NCBI GenBank assembly: GCA_016783745.1
Contig: JADHVZ010000004.1
Coordinates: 3,544 to 67,543 of the forward strand
Origin: Candidatus Omnitrophota bacterium
GTDB taxonomy: Bacteria; Omnitrophota; Gorgyraeia; JAHIPI01
DNA: 64,000 nucleotides
Direction of reading: 5' to 3'
Shown here: in pieces, positions 28,765 through 39,185 of the stretch
Layout: the number at the start of each line of letters is the position of its first letter
Numbering within the stretch: position 1 is the stretch's first letter
Notes under the pieces: model-generated
What the model saw: only the letters and a program-made list of their open reading frames with translations
Told to the model about the DNA's origin: nothing
Database searches by the model: none
Position numbers and translations under genes: made by a program

Positions 28765-29827
28765 CGCGGTCAACTTGGTTTGCCCCCGCTGCAAAAACCC
28801 GCTTGCGGAAACAGGCGATGTATTACAGTGCGGGTCGTGCGGAGTTGATTGGAAAGTCGAAAACGGTGTACCCATCCTGACGGAATCGTCAAAATGGTAT
28901 CCCAAGGAACATATGACAAAAGAGCAATTTGAGGAATTGCTTGGGGATATAGATTCGAAAGGATGGGAAGAGGCTATCAAGGTTGCAACGGGCTCTATGC
29001 GAGACTCGAAGGGTTTTAATATCCTGGCTTTTAACGAATCAAGGAGAGACCTTTCGTCTATACTCCCGCTTAATAAAGAATCCGTCGTGCTTGATTACGG
29101 ATGCGGGATGGGGGGTATTAGCTTCAATCTCGCCAAGTCGTGCGGTCATATCATCGCCGCCGACCAAAGCGCGTTTCGGGCACAATTCATACGTGCCCGC
29201 TGTAAAAATTCAGGGGTGCCCAACGTTACGCCGGTGTGCGCCGGAAATTCACGCTATCTGCCTTTTTCCGATAATAGTTTTGACGCGGTAATCATGAACG
29301 GTGTTTTGGAATGGATGCCGCTTTCCATGGAGGGAGACCCCCGCGACATTCAAATGTCGGCTCTTAAAGAGGCCGGCAGGGTCCTTAAAAAAGGGGGCAT
29401 CATCTACCTGGCGATAGAAAACAGGTTCGGCTACAGATATCTGTTTTTCGGAAAGGGCGATAGCCATAATCAAAAAAAGAAAAAGATACGCTATATTACA
29501 CTTTTACCGCGGGTTATCGCGAATCTTTATTCGAAGTTAAGGATCAAGGCGCCTTACAGATGCTATCTCTATTCGTACGGAGGCTACAGAAAAATGCTAA
29601 TAGATTCGGGTTTTAGAAAATGCGTTTTCTATTTCCCGTATCCGGACCATAATCATCTTAAGTATATCATTCCGGTCGATAACCGGAAGGCAAGTTCTTC
29701 TTTCCTGAATTATATTTTAAATGGGGCGTCTTTATCCGCAAAGGAAAGATCCGCTATTTCATTTTTGAGTTTTACGGGGCTCCTGAAGCATTTCGCGCAG
29801 GACTATTTAATTATCGCCACGAGGTGA
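28739..29827 (+). CDS. Trm112-like Zn-ribbon + class I SAM methyltransferase
   Basis: CPRC...CGSC...ENGVP; VLDYGCGMG; NGVLEW; IENR. Confidence 0.85.
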   Translation: MPMLLTKDNAVNLVCPRCKNPLAETGDVLQCGSCGVDWKVENGVPILTESSKWYPKEHMTKEQFEELLGDIDSKGWEEAIKVATGSMRDSKGFNILAFNESRRDLSSILPLNKESVVLDYGCGMGGISFNLAKSCGHIIAADQSAFRAQFIRARCKNSGVPNVTPVCAGNSRYLPFSDNSFDAVIMNGVLEWMPLSMEGDPRDIQMSALKEAGRVLKKGGIIYLAIENRFGYRYLFFGKGDSHNQKKKKIRYITLLPRVIANLYSKLRIKAPYRCYLYSYGGYRKMLIDSGFRKCVFYFPYPDHNHLKYIIPVDNRKASSSFLNYILNGASLSAKERSAISFLSFTGLLKHFAQDYLIIATR

Positions 29828-30804
29828 TCATGCTCGAAACAGTGAAAGTTGATAATAGCCCGGTTGCGCCGTTATTGCGGAAATGCGGCATCGGCAGCGA
29901 GGATGGTTCGCCCTTTATGATCAATAACAGGGATAAGATAACCCTGTATTTTGTTATGGAGAGGGGCTTATCCCGTTACTGCGTAAAATTGGCGAGGTAT
30001 CCGAAACATAACCGTTTTATTGAGCATGAGTATGATAACCTGTCAAAACTTCATACATTAATAAGCGGGAACAGAATTCTTGAAAATAGTATTCCTAAGC
30101 CCATATCTCTGGGGTATGACAACGACAGGGCTTATGCAGTCACCGATTTTTTCAACGGCCGCAAATTGTTTTCGGCCGCGTTTAGGCCGAAACAGTACGA
30201 ACAGATAGTTTCATGGTTGATCGAGCTGCACTGGCTGACCAGGAAAGAGGCAGGATTCGATAGGGATATCTTGATGCGGTATATAAATCATCGCCTTGAG
30301 CCGGTAGCGACACTTGATGATATGCCCGAAGATTTACGCCTTTTGTTTGATAATATCATGGACGGCTGGAACCGGATGGGCAGGAAGTCGATTCCGGCGG
30401 TTTTCACCCATAATGATTTTACAATCGCAAATATTTTATTCAATAACGACGATCTTTATGTAGTCGACTGGAGCTGGGCTACTGAGGCCGGATTTCTTTT
30501 TGTAGACCTATTGGATGCTCTTCTATACTCAGTATACAAAGGGAACGATGATTATATTTCCGCTTTAAAAATACTTTTTTCAGGAAGCACCGTAAAACGC
30601 GGGAAGATGATCGCCGGATCGATCAAAAGATACAAAGATAGATTTGACCTGTCCGATGAGCTGGCCCGCTGGTTGACGGAAGTATTCCTTTTCGGCAAGG
30701 CGGCTCAATTTCACCAAGCGGGGCGCATGGATAGATTTAATCCGCTGGCTGATTGCTGTAGTTATGTTCATGGACTGAGGGCATCGGAGTTATTTTCTCA
30801 ATAG
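29824..30804 (+). CDS. APH/choline-kinase-like phosphotransferase
   Basis: CVK, E.EY, HNDFTIANI (Brenner motif), VVDW. Confidence 0.8.
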   Translation: MIMLETVKVDNSPVAPLLRKCGIGSEDGSPFMINNRDKITLYFVMERGLSRYCVKLARYPKHNRFIEHEYDNLSKLHTLISGNRILENSIPKPISLGYDNDRAYAVTDFFNGRKLFSAAFRPKQYEQIVSWLIELHWLTRKEAGFDRDILMRYINHRLEPVATLDDMPEDLRLLFDNIMDGWNRMGRKSIPAVFTHNDFTIANILFNNDDLYVVDWSWATEAGFLFVDLLDALLYSVYKGNDDYISALKILFSGSTVKRGKMIAGSIKRYKDRFDLSDELARWLTEVFLFGKAAQFHQAGRMDRFNPLADCCSYVHGLRASELFSQ

Positions 30805-30813
30805 GAAGAGGCA

Positions 30814-31845
30814 ATGATGGCATATTTCAAAGGGCAAAAGCGCAGGTTATCGTTTATGGAAAAGTATATGACAGGCTTGAGGCCTGTCGATTGCCCCGTA
30901 TGCGGGAGCGGTAAGTCTACGGTGCTGGGGGCCAGAAGCAGGGGCGGGCTCAGTATAAATTCGGTGCTATGCGCCAACTGTTCGCTGGTGTACCTTAATC
31001 CCAAGCCCTTGCCGGAAAAATACCACGAGTTTTACGCCTCCGGAGACTACAGGCGTTTTTTGAATATTGTCAAGGGAGCAAAAACCGGCGATGATATCAA
31101 CAATTTCTTTACCGAAAAAAAGTTTATTGATAGAAAAGAATATGGCGCGCAAATAGCCAGAAAGTATTTCAGCAATATTTTGGTAAAGGACGACTTATAT
31201 TTCGATTTCGGATGCGATTCCGGCGGCATTATGGCGGGCGTGCGCGATGAAACAGGCTGCAGGATCATGGGTAATGAGCCCTCCAGGCTATGCGCGGATT
31301 TTATCCGCGAAAGACTTGGGGTCCGGATACTTTGCTGTGGCATGGAAGGCATGTGTGATTCCGATAAGGAAATATATAAAGGCAAGGCGAAAGCCGCATC
31401 ACTCATCGGCGTACTGGAACATGTCAATGACCCGATCGCATGTTTGAATATCGCCTATGGGGTACTCTCGGACGGGGGATTCCTCTACGTTGAGAGCCTC
31501 GATATCCTTAAACGCATGGAAAGGAATAAGGAGTCGGTTGAAGATGCGGCAACAATAGATCACCAATATTATTTCCATGAAGACGTGTATAAATATATGC
31601 TGCGATCCTGCAATTTTGAAGTTAAGAGATTCGATTATGACGAAAAAGGCAAGATCATGAGGGTGTTGGCTCAAAAGGTCGGGCCTGAATCGCCTAAAAA
31701 TAGATTTGAAGCAGCAGAAATAGTAGATAGGATCTCGCGGCTGAATAGCGAGGCAGCGCGCTATCAAGCGGGTATTTTCAGAAGGGCCGGAAAGAAGGCG
31801 GCACAAGCGGCAAGAAAGGTGCTAAAGTGGAAGTCACCCTCATAA
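30814..31845 (+). CDS. Class I SAM methyltransferase with Zn-ribbon
   Basis: CPVC...CANC.LVYLNP, DFGCDSG, VLEH. Confidence 0.82.
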   Translation: MMAYFKGQKRRLSFMEKYMTGLRPVDCPVCGSGKSTVLGARSRGGLSINSVLCANCSLVYLNPKPLPEKYHEFYASGDYRRFLNIVKGAKTGDDINNFFTEKKFIDRKEYGAQIARKYFSNILVKDDLYFDFGCDSGGIMAGVRDETGCRIMGNEPSRLCADFIRERLGVRILCCGMEGMCDSDKEIYKGKAKAASLIGVLEHVNDPIACLNIAYGVLSDGGFLYVESLDILKRMERNKESVEDAATIDHQYYFHEDVYKYMLRSCNFEVKRFDYDEKGKIMRVLAQKVGPESPKNRFEAAEIVDRISRLNSEAARYQAGIFRRAGKKAAQAARKVLKWKSPS

Positions 31846-33296
31846 ACGTAGGGGACATTATCGCGTACGGGCTCAGGTGCGTCTCCTCAAACCTGAAAAA
31901 GCACGGAATCGGTACGAGGATGATATTTATTCCCCCAAGATTTGCCGATATTTCGCACAAGAATCTCTTTGCCGGTATTGCGGAAGTAGCCGGAGATTCC
32001 GCCTTTATAGGCATATCGCTTATGGCGGGACAGTATAAGAGCGCCGTTTATTTGACCGAAAATTTAAAAAAAATAACGGATGCCCCGGTTTACTGGGGAG
32101 GGATACATCCGACCGTTTGCCCGGATGAAAGCATAAAGCACGCTGACGCTATCTGCATAGGGGAAGGCGAGGAAACCGCGGTTGCCCTGGCAAAGAGAAT
32201 GGGATCCGGAGGGGGTTTGGAAGGTCTGGACGGCATATGGTTCAAAAAGGACGGAGGGGTCGTAAAGAACCGCCAGAGACGCATCCCGGAGGATCTTGAT
32301 TCATTACCGCCTCCGGACTATAGTTTCGATACTCACTATGTGTTCGATTTTGATAAGGGGATCATGGCGCGTATGGACGATCATTATTTCTTTAAACACA
32401 GAGGGGACAGGTACACCACCCTTCCTACGCGCGGGTGCGCGATGAATTGCTCCTATTGCGTCAATGCGTATTTGCATGATATGTATCCGGGATCGAATAG
32501 ATTGAGAAGCAAAAGCGTCGATACGCTTATCTTGGAGTTAAAATGGGTAAAGGACAATCTGAAATTTATCCGGCAAATAAACTTCTATGACGATGATTTT
32601 CTTCGGTTACCTGTGGAATATATCCGTGATTTTGTCGATCGTTACAAGCGGGAGATCGATATGCCTCTGGTCTTGACGGGTATAAGCCCCGCCAATTTCA
32701 ACATGGAAAAACTGGAATTGATCAGCCGGAAGATCAGATTGGATAAATTACGGATGGGGGTTCAATCCGGCTCAGAGAGGACCAGGAAGGAAATATTCAA
32801 TCGGCCGCATTCCGATAAACAATTGCTTAGTGTGATCCAACAGTTATCCCGGGTAAGAAGAAAGGGCCGTATTCTCTACGACGTCATTTTAGATGTTCCT
32901 TGGGAGAATGAAAAAGATAAAATCGATACCTTCCGCTTTTTGATGAAGATCCCGAGGCCCTTTTGGCTCATTGTCTATTACCTGACATTCTATCCCGGTA
33001 CAGCGCTTTATGAAAGGGCACAGAAGGAAGGCGTATTGAATGATATCAATAACGGTTATTCCCAAAGGTATCAACGCCCGCGCACAAAGGACAAGTTAAA
33101 TAAGATCATTACCTTGACAGATAAGATGCCGCGGTGGTTTCTATGGCTTTTATTCTATACGAGAAAGGCCGCTTTAATTTCAGATGTTTTGATTTTTTCC
33201 GGGGATATGGTCATCGTTATCCATAATGCTTTACGGCGGATACTTACGGGAATAGCCCTAACCAAGAGAAGATTGAGTTTTAGACGGGCACAATGA
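31827..33296 (+). CDS. Cobalamin-binding radical SAM protein
   Basis: WGGIHPT, GEGE, RGCAMNCSYC, DDDF, GVQSGS, FYPGT. Confidence 0.9.
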   Translation: MEVTLINVGDIIAYGLRCVSSNLKKHGIGTRMIFIPPRFADISHKNLFAGIAEVAGDSAFIGISLMAGQYKSAVYLTENLKKITDAPVYWGGIHPTVCPDESIKHADAICIGEGEETAVALAKRMGSGGGLEGLDGIWFKKDGGVVKNRQRRIPEDLDSLPPPDYSFDTHYVFDFDKGIMARMDDHYFFKHRGDRYTTLPTRGCAMNCSYCVNAYLHDMYPGSNRLRSKSVDTLILELKWVKDNLKFIRQINFYDDDFLRLPVEYIRDFVDRYKREIDMPLVLTGISPANFNMEKLELISRKIRLDKLRMGVQSGSERTRKEIFNRPHSDKQLLSVIQQLSRVRRKGRILYDVILDVPWENEKDKIDTFRFLMKIPRPFWLIVYYLTFYPGTALYERAQKEGVLNDINNGYSQRYQRPRTKDKLNKIITLTDKMPRWFLWLLFYTRKAALISDVLIFSGDMVIVIHNALRRILTGIALTKRRLSFRRAQ

Positions 33297-34744
33297 AGAA
33301 GGTAGTATTGACCAATATAGGCTGTTCTTCTGCCGGCGCAAAGCCGATCGCGACATCAATACTATCGGCCGTGCTGAAAAAAAGAGGCCATAGCGTCTCT
33401 CTATTTGATACCACATTTATGGATTTGGGGTTTATGCTCGACGGCGAGATATCCGACAGGCTGAAGATGTTTAAGCCCGTTGACTGGAAGGGGCGCGGTC
33501 TGGTAAGAGACAAAAATGTCGATGCCAAAGAGGAATTTATAAGATTCCTGGATAGGGAAAAGCCGGATGTCATCGCTGCAAGCGCTTTTAGCGATATGTA
33601 CAGGCATACAATGGAATTTTTGAGGATTGCCAAGGAAAGATACGGTATCCCCGTTATTATCGGTGGCATTCATGCCACACTGCTGCCCGATGAAGTCATA
33701 GCTGAAGATTGCGTAGACGCCCTTTGTGTCGGAGAGGGAGAAGATGCCCTGGTCGAGTATGTAGACTCACTTGACGGTAAAAAAGCGACAAGGACCGATA
33801 TAAAAAATCTATGGATCAAGCGCGATGGGTCCGTATATAAAAATTCCCTCCGCGAGCTTAAAGAACTTGATTCCCTCCCATTTATGGATTACTCCATTTA
33901 CGACGAAAGACAATTCCTGCGCCCGTTCGAAGGAAGGATATTACGAAGCGGCGACTACCAGGATAAACGCGGCTGCCCGCGCAGGTGCACCTATTGCGCA
34001 TATGCGGTGATAAATAAGGATATATACCCCGGGGGGAGGATCAAGTTTTATTCAGCGGAGAGATTTGCGGAAGAGGCAAAATACCTGAAGCAGGCTTTTG
34101 ACCTGGAATTCTTCAAAATATTCTCGGAGGATATATTCTTGAGGCCGGAGGATGATCTGGCGAGAATGTCGGAATTGTATTCAAAAAAAGTGGGGCTGCC
34201 TTTTACGACCAGCGCGCACCCGCTTTCCGTTACGGAAAAGAAGGCAGGGTTGTTAAAAAAGATGAATTGTGTCAGCGTTTCCGTGGCGCTGGAATGCGGC
34301 AACGCCCAATACCGCGAAAACATGCTGGGGCGTAAATATACAAACGGGCAGTTTGCCAGGAGCATTAAAATTTTACAGGAAGCCGGCATACGGGCGGTCT
34401 CTTTAAATATGATAGGCCTGCCGGGAGAGACGAGAAAGATGATATTCGAGACCATCGAGGTCAATAGAAAGGTAAAGCCGGATTTCGCGGACTTCGGATG
34501 TTTTTTTCCGTTTCGGGGAACGCCCCTGGGGGACACAGCGGTCAGGGACGGGTTAGCGTATCCCGGCGAAATAAAAAGATCCAGGAGCGACCACGGAAAA
34601 TCAATACTCCACATGCCTCACCTAGGGGCAGAGGAGATCAACGGCATAATGAAGATGCATCATTTTTATCTGCGTTATCCTAAGGCCCTGTGGCCGTTTT
34701 TCAGATTGCGCGAAAGGGATAATTTTTTTAAGGTAAAGGCGTAA
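33293..34744 (+). CDS. Cobalamin-binding radical SAM protein
   Basis: GGIHAT, GEGE, RGCPRRCTYC, MIGLPGET, PFRGT. Confidence 0.9.
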   Translation: MKKVVLTNIGCSSAGAKPIATSILSAVLKKRGHSVSLFDTTFMDLGFMLDGEISDRLKMFKPVDWKGRGLVRDKNVDAKEEFIRFLDREKPDVIAASAFSDMYRHTMEFLRIAKERYGIPVIIGGIHATLLPDEVIAEDCVDALCVGEGEDALVEYVDSLDGKKATRTDIKNLWIKRDGSVYKNSLRELKELDSLPFMDYSIYDERQFLRPFEGRILRSGDYQDKRGCPRRCTYCAYAVINKDIYPGGRIKFYSAERFAEEAKYLKQAFDLEFFKIFSEDIFLRPEDDLARMSELYSKKVGLPFTTSAHPLSVTEKKAGLLKKMNCVSVSVALECGNAQYRENMLGRKYTNGQFARSIKILQEAGIRAVSLNMIGLPGETRKMIFETIEVNRKVKPDFADFGCFFPFRGTPLGDTAVRDGLAYPGEIKRSRSDHGKSILHMPHLGAEEINGIMKMHHFYLRYPKALWPFFRLRERDNFFKVKA

Positions 34745-34748
34745 ATAA

Positions 34749-36521
34749 ATGGCGATAGGCGAAAAAATAAGATTCTTGTGGAAGGCTATAAGGGTATATA
34801 AATATTTCGCCCTTTTTCTCTTTTTCATCATCCTGGCAGCCGCGCTGACGGAAACTATCGGCATCGGTATGGTCATGCCGTTCCTGGAAGTTGTTTTCGA
34901 TCCGGGCAGTTCGTCGGGTTCTGTCAGGTTCATGGAGCCTATTTTGAGTCGTTTTCCGGATGCGCACAGGCTTATGGTCATAGGCATATTACTTATGGGG
35001 TTGATCCTGATAAAAAATCTACTTATCATATTCAGGATCGGCCTTTCCACACATTTTGTTTTTCGCTTCAGAAGATTATGGCAGTGCGCGGTTATGGAGA
35101 AATACATGTATGCGGAATACTCTTTTCTCCTATCTCATAAACAAGGGTATCTGTTAAACAATCTTTTAATAGAACCTGGCAGAGCGGCAAAATCACTGCA
35201 GCAACTAATAGAGTTTTCCTCAAAGGCGATTTTAGCTTTTTCTCTTTATTGCCTGTTGATCATAGTAAGCTGGAAAGCTACTTTAAGCATTACTTTTGTG
35301 GGTCTTCTCATAGTCCTCCTGCTGAGTAAACCTACTTATAATTACGCTATCGGAGTCGGACGAAAAAAAGTATCACTTTCGCAGGATATAACTGCCATGG
35401 GCGCGGAGAATATCAGCGCGATCCGTCAGATAAAGATATTTTCTCTTGAAAACGATACTTGCCGCAGATTCAGGGAAAAGCTGGAGGACATCATTCGCGT
35501 AATGACGAAGTTCAACGTGATCCGCAGATTACCCAATCCAATCGCGGAGACACTCTTTATAGCAGGAGTAGTGTTGACACTCTTATACCTTAATTATTTT
35601 ACCTTAGTTCCACTGATGACCATAGCTCCGGTTATAGGGCTTTTTGTTGTCACTTCCCAGAGGTTTTTTCCGGTCGTTTCGCAATTGTTTGCCGAGCGGA
35701 TGAACATCCTTACGTTTATTCCTTCCCTGAAGGTGGCGTATGGTTTATATGATTCGAAAATACGAAACGAAGAATTGAAGACAGGGGAGGCTATTGACTC
35801 TATCAAGAGAGGCATTGAATTTAAAAACGTTTTTTTTACGTATAAAGGCTCACGGCCGCTTTTTGAGGATTTAAGCCTAATCATTCCGAAGGGAAAGACA
35901 ACAGCGATCGTAGGCCCGTCCGGTTCGGGCAAATCGACCATGGTCGACCTGTTGACCGGTTTTTTTAAGAAGCAGAACGGGGAGATATTAATAAACGGCA
36001 TAGACATCGATAGGATAAACCTGCGGTCATGCCGCAGGCTCATAGGATATGTCAGCCAGGATACGTTTCTCTTTAACGCTACGGTGAGAGAAAATATTAT
36101 TGCCGGAAGACCGGACGCGCCGGAGCGGGAGATGGTAATGGCCGCGAAGCAGGCTCACGCGGATGAGTTTATACGCCGGCTGCCGCAGGGATATGATACG
36201 GTGCTGGGTGACAGGGGGTTGAAGGTCTCCGGGGGGCAGCGCCAGAGGATCGCCATAGCAAGAGTTCTTATACGCAACCCGGAGGTGTTGATATTTGATG
36301 AAGCCACCAGCTCGCTTGACTCCGAATCCGAAAGGTTGATCCAGGAATCGATTGATTCGTTCGCGGGCAAAAAAACCATTATCGTCATATCTCACCGTTT
36401 CTCGACAGTGAAGAATGCCGACGTGATCTATGTTTTTGATAAAGGCCATATAGTGGAATCCGGGACATTTGAGGAGCTCGAGAAGAGTAAGGGCCGATTT
36501 TATCAGATGAATATCGTGTAA
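34749..36521 (+). CDS. ABC exporter (fused TMD-NBD), PglK/MsbA-like lipid-linked glycan flippase
   Basis: N-terminal TM domain; GPSGSGKST, SGGQRQR, IFDEATSSLD, ISHR. Confidence 0.9.
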   Translation: MAIGEKIRFLWKAIRVYKYFALFLFFIILAAALTETIGIGMVMPFLEVVFDPGSSSGSVRFMEPILSRFPDAHRLMVIGILLMGLILIKNLLIIFRIGLSTHFVFRFRRLWQCAVMEKYMYAEYSFLLSHKQGYLLNNLLIEPGRAAKSLQQLIEFSSKAILAFSLYCLLIIVSWKATLSITFVGLLIVLLLSKPTYNYAIGVGRKKVSLSQDITAMGAENISAIRQIKIFSLENDTCRRFREKLEDIIRVMTKFNVIRRLPNPIAETLFIAGVVLTLLYLNYFTLVPLMTIAPVIGLFVVTSQRFFPVVSQLFAERMNILTFIPSLKVAYGLYDSKIRNEELKTGEAIDSIKRGIEFKNVFFTYKGSRPLFEDLSLIIPKGKTTAIVGPSGSGKSTMVDLLTGFFKKQNGEILINGIDIDRINLRSCRRLIGYVSQDTFLFNATVRENIIAGRPDAPEREMVMAAKQAHADEFIRRLPQGYDTVLGDRGLKVSGGQRQRIAIARVLIRNPEVLIFDEATSSLDSESERLIQESIDSFAGKKTIIVISHRFSTVKNADVIYVFDKGHIVESGTFEELEKSKGRFYQMNIV

Positions 36522-36582
36522 AGAGTTTTATGTGCCGTTCAGGTGGTTTGGAAGTACTTTTTTACAAAAGGAGGGTAAGTAG

Positions 36583-38061
36583 ATGAAAGAAAAAATTTTT
36601 AACGCGAAATGTACGTGCCGGAATTGTCCGGCAGCCGATTTTGGCGGGAAATCTGAAAAAGATCAAGGCGGATCAGAGGCCCGCGTCATGGTTGAGTGCA
36701 GGCGCAGGCCGGAGCTCGGTTTCTTTGATCCCACAAACGTTACCTTTGAAAAATGTTCGGAATGGATCAGCACGCCGTACGGCTATTTTTTAAAGGATAT
36801 GCGCGTGATGATCTTAGGCATTGACGGGTATCTGGGCTGGACTCTTGCATTATGGCTCGGCAAACTTGGATGCAAGGTGAGCGGGGTGGATAACTATAAC
36901 AGGCGCAACTGGGTGAAGGAAAGAGGGGCGCATACGGTTGTTCCAATATCGAGGATGACCGAAAGGCTTCACGCAGCGAAAGAGGTGCTGGGCATACATA
37001 TTAATTTCCGCGAGATAGATATCCTTAATAAGTCTTCCTTGAAGGAGTTTATCGATGAGATAAAACCGGAGGCCATAGTCCATTATGCCGAATGCCCAAG
37101 CGCGCCTTACAGCATGATAGACTTTGAGCATGCAAGCCTGGTTCAAACAAACAATGTGATAGGGACGTTGGGTGTTCTTTTCAGTATGCATGAAGTGGTG
37201 CCGGAAACATCGCTCATTAAATTGGGAACGATGGGGGAGTACGGGACGCCGTTATCGGGCAGGCCGCTTTTTGAGGGATTTTTTCCCGAGGACGCGGTCC
37301 TTCACTGGAAGAACCGCAAATGGAGCATGGGCGGGGAATTGACGCCGCGTTATCCCGCGTCTTTCTACCATATTACCAAAGTCCAGGATACCATAAACGT
37401 GCATCAATCCTGCAGGTATTGGCAGCTCCGTTCATATGACGTGATGCAGGGGGTCATATACGGAGTGCACACCGAGCAGGTTGCCGCCGACCCGCGGCTG
37501 CGGACGCGCCTGGATATCGACGAATGGTTCGGGACGGTAGTCAACCGGTATGTCGCTCAGGCGATCATCGGTTTCCCGCTTACGATTTTCGGGGGAGGAG
37601 GCCAGACGCGCGGTTTCATCTCTCTGGAAGACGCTATGCAGTGCATAACCCGGCTCATCGCGAAACCGCCCGCGCCAGGTGAGTACGGCGTGATAAATCA
37701 GATGTCCGGATATTACAACGTGAAGCAGCTTGCCGAAACGGTAGCGAAAATCGGCTCAGAAGAATTCGATTTTGACGTAAAGATCCAGAGGGTGGAGAAC
37801 CCGCGGATAGAGGCAAACAGGCACACCTTTGAGCCGATATTTGACAAATTGCCGGATGAGTTCGGGTTTATTCAAAGCAACACTTTAGAAAATGAAATAA
37901 GGAGGATGTTTAAACTTTTGTCTCAGCCCCATATAAAGAGCAGGATCGAGGAAAAAAGGCATCTTATCATGCCCAGGACGTGGTGGTCGGGCGTAAAGAA
38001 GGAGGTCAAGAGGATCGAGATGCTGAATAACTCAATCCGGGAAACGGTAGCTAAGCAATGA
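36583..38061 (+). CDS. sqdB: UDP-sulfoquinovose synthase (SqdB/Agl3 family) with ~70-aa Cys-rich N-terminal extension
   Basis: GIDGYLG, PSAPYSM, KLGTMGEYG, SFYHITK, FGTVVNR, GQTRGF, ENPR; RBS AAGGAGGG before ATG 36583. Confidence 0.85.
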   Translation: MKEKIFNAKCTCRNCPAADFGGKSEKDQGGSEARVMVECRRRPELGFFDPTNVTFEKCSEWISTPYGYFLKDMRVMILGIDGYLGWTLALWLGKLGCKVSGVDNYNRRNWVKERGAHTVVPISRMTERLHAAKEVLGIHINFREIDILNKSSLKEFIDEIKPEAIVHYAECPSAPYSMIDFEHASLVQTNNVIGTLGVLFSMHEVVPETSLIKLGTMGEYGTPLSGRPLFEGFFPEDAVLHWKNRKWSMGGELTPRYPASFYHITKVQDTINVHQSCRYWQLRSYDVMQGVIYGVHTEQVAADPRLRTRLDIDEWFGTVVNRYVAQAIIGFPLTIFGGGGQTRGFISLEDAMQCITRLIAKPPAPGEYGVINQMSGYYNVKQLAETVAKIGSEEFDFDVKIQRVENPRIEANRHTFEPIFDKLPDEFGFIQSNTLENEIRRMFKLLSQPHIKSRIEEKRHLIMPRTWWSGVKKEVKRIEMLNNSIRETVAKQ

Positions 38062-39185
38062 AAGTCGAATTCTATAAACACAATATCGGTGAAGAAGAGA
38101 AGAGGAAGGCCTTGGAAGTCCTCGATGGCATATTCCTAACTACAGGAAAATACGTAGAGGAGTTCGAAAAGACATTTTCGGATTATCTCGGTGTAGAATT
38201 TGCCGTAGGCGTTTCATCCTGCACGGCTGCGCTTCATCTTGCTCTCATGCATTACGGCATCGGCGCGGGAGACGAAGTCATTACAACACCGCTTACATTT
38301 ATAGCTACGGCAAATGCAATTCTTTATAGCGGAGCAAAACTTGTATTTGTTGATGTTGAAAAAGAGACAGGGTTGATAGATCCCGAAAAGGTGGAAGCTG
38401 CCGTAACGAAGCGCACAAAAGCTATTATACCCGTGCACCTCTACGGGGTGATGGCGGACATGAAAAGGTTGCGTAAAGTCGCCGATAAATACGGATTAAA
38501 AATCATAGAGGATTCAGCGCACTGCATCGAAGGCGAGAGAGACGGCATAAGGCCGGGCGAGTCAGGCGATGCGGCCTGTTTCAGTTTTTACGCGACAAAG
38601 AATATAACAAGCGGAGAAGGCGGCGCGATAACTGTTCACACAAAAGAGGAGAAAGACAGGCTTTACAAATTACGTTCCCACGGCATGTCCAGGGAAGCAT
38701 ACGGCAGATATGAAAGTCTTTACAGGCACTGGGACATGGAGACACTGGGCTGGAAATACAACATGAACAACATACAGGCCGCCCTATTATTAAATCAGAT
38801 CAAGAATGTAGAAAAATATTGGAAAAGAAGAGAAGAGATCTGCCGGCGGTACGAGTCGGCCTTTAAGGATGAGAAAAAGATACGGCTTCTAACCATACCT
38901 CCGCATACAAAGAGCGCGCGGCATCTGATCACGATTTTGGTAGATCCCCAGACAAGGGATGAGATCCTCGCAAAACTCCAAAAAAGGGATATAGGCGTTG
39001 CGGTAAATTTCAGGCCTATACACCTTTTGACATACTATCGGCAGACATACGGCTATAAAATAGGCGCGTTTCCCGCAAGCGAGGAGATAGGGGGCGGGAC
39101 TATCAGCCTACCGCTCTATCCCCAACTCACAGATGAGGAGATCGAATACGTTATCAAATCGGTAAAAGAGGCGATCAGAAAATAG
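38058..39185 (+). CDS. DegT/DnrJ/ArnB-family PLP sugar aminotransferase
   Basis: SSCTAALH, PVHLYG, EDSAH, FSFYATKNITSGEGG, ISLPLYP. Confidence 0.93.
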   Translation: MKVEFYKHNIGEEEKRKALEVLDGIFLTTGKYVEEFEKTFSDYLGVEFAVGVSSCTAALHLALMHYGIGAGDEVITTPLTFIATANAILYSGAKLVFVDVEKETGLIDPEKVEAAVTKRTKAIIPVHLYGVMADMKRLRKVADKYGLKIIEDSAHCIEGERDGIRPGESGDAACFSFYATKNITSGEGGAITVHTKEEKDRLYKLRSHGMSREAYGRYESLYRHWDMETLGWKYNMNNIQAALLLNQIKNVEKYWKRREEICRRYESAFKDEKKIRLLTIPPHTKSARHLITILVDPQTRDEILAKLQKRDIGVAVNFRPIHLLTYYRQTYGYKIGAFPASEEIGGGTISLPLYPQLTDEEIEYVIKSVKEAIRK

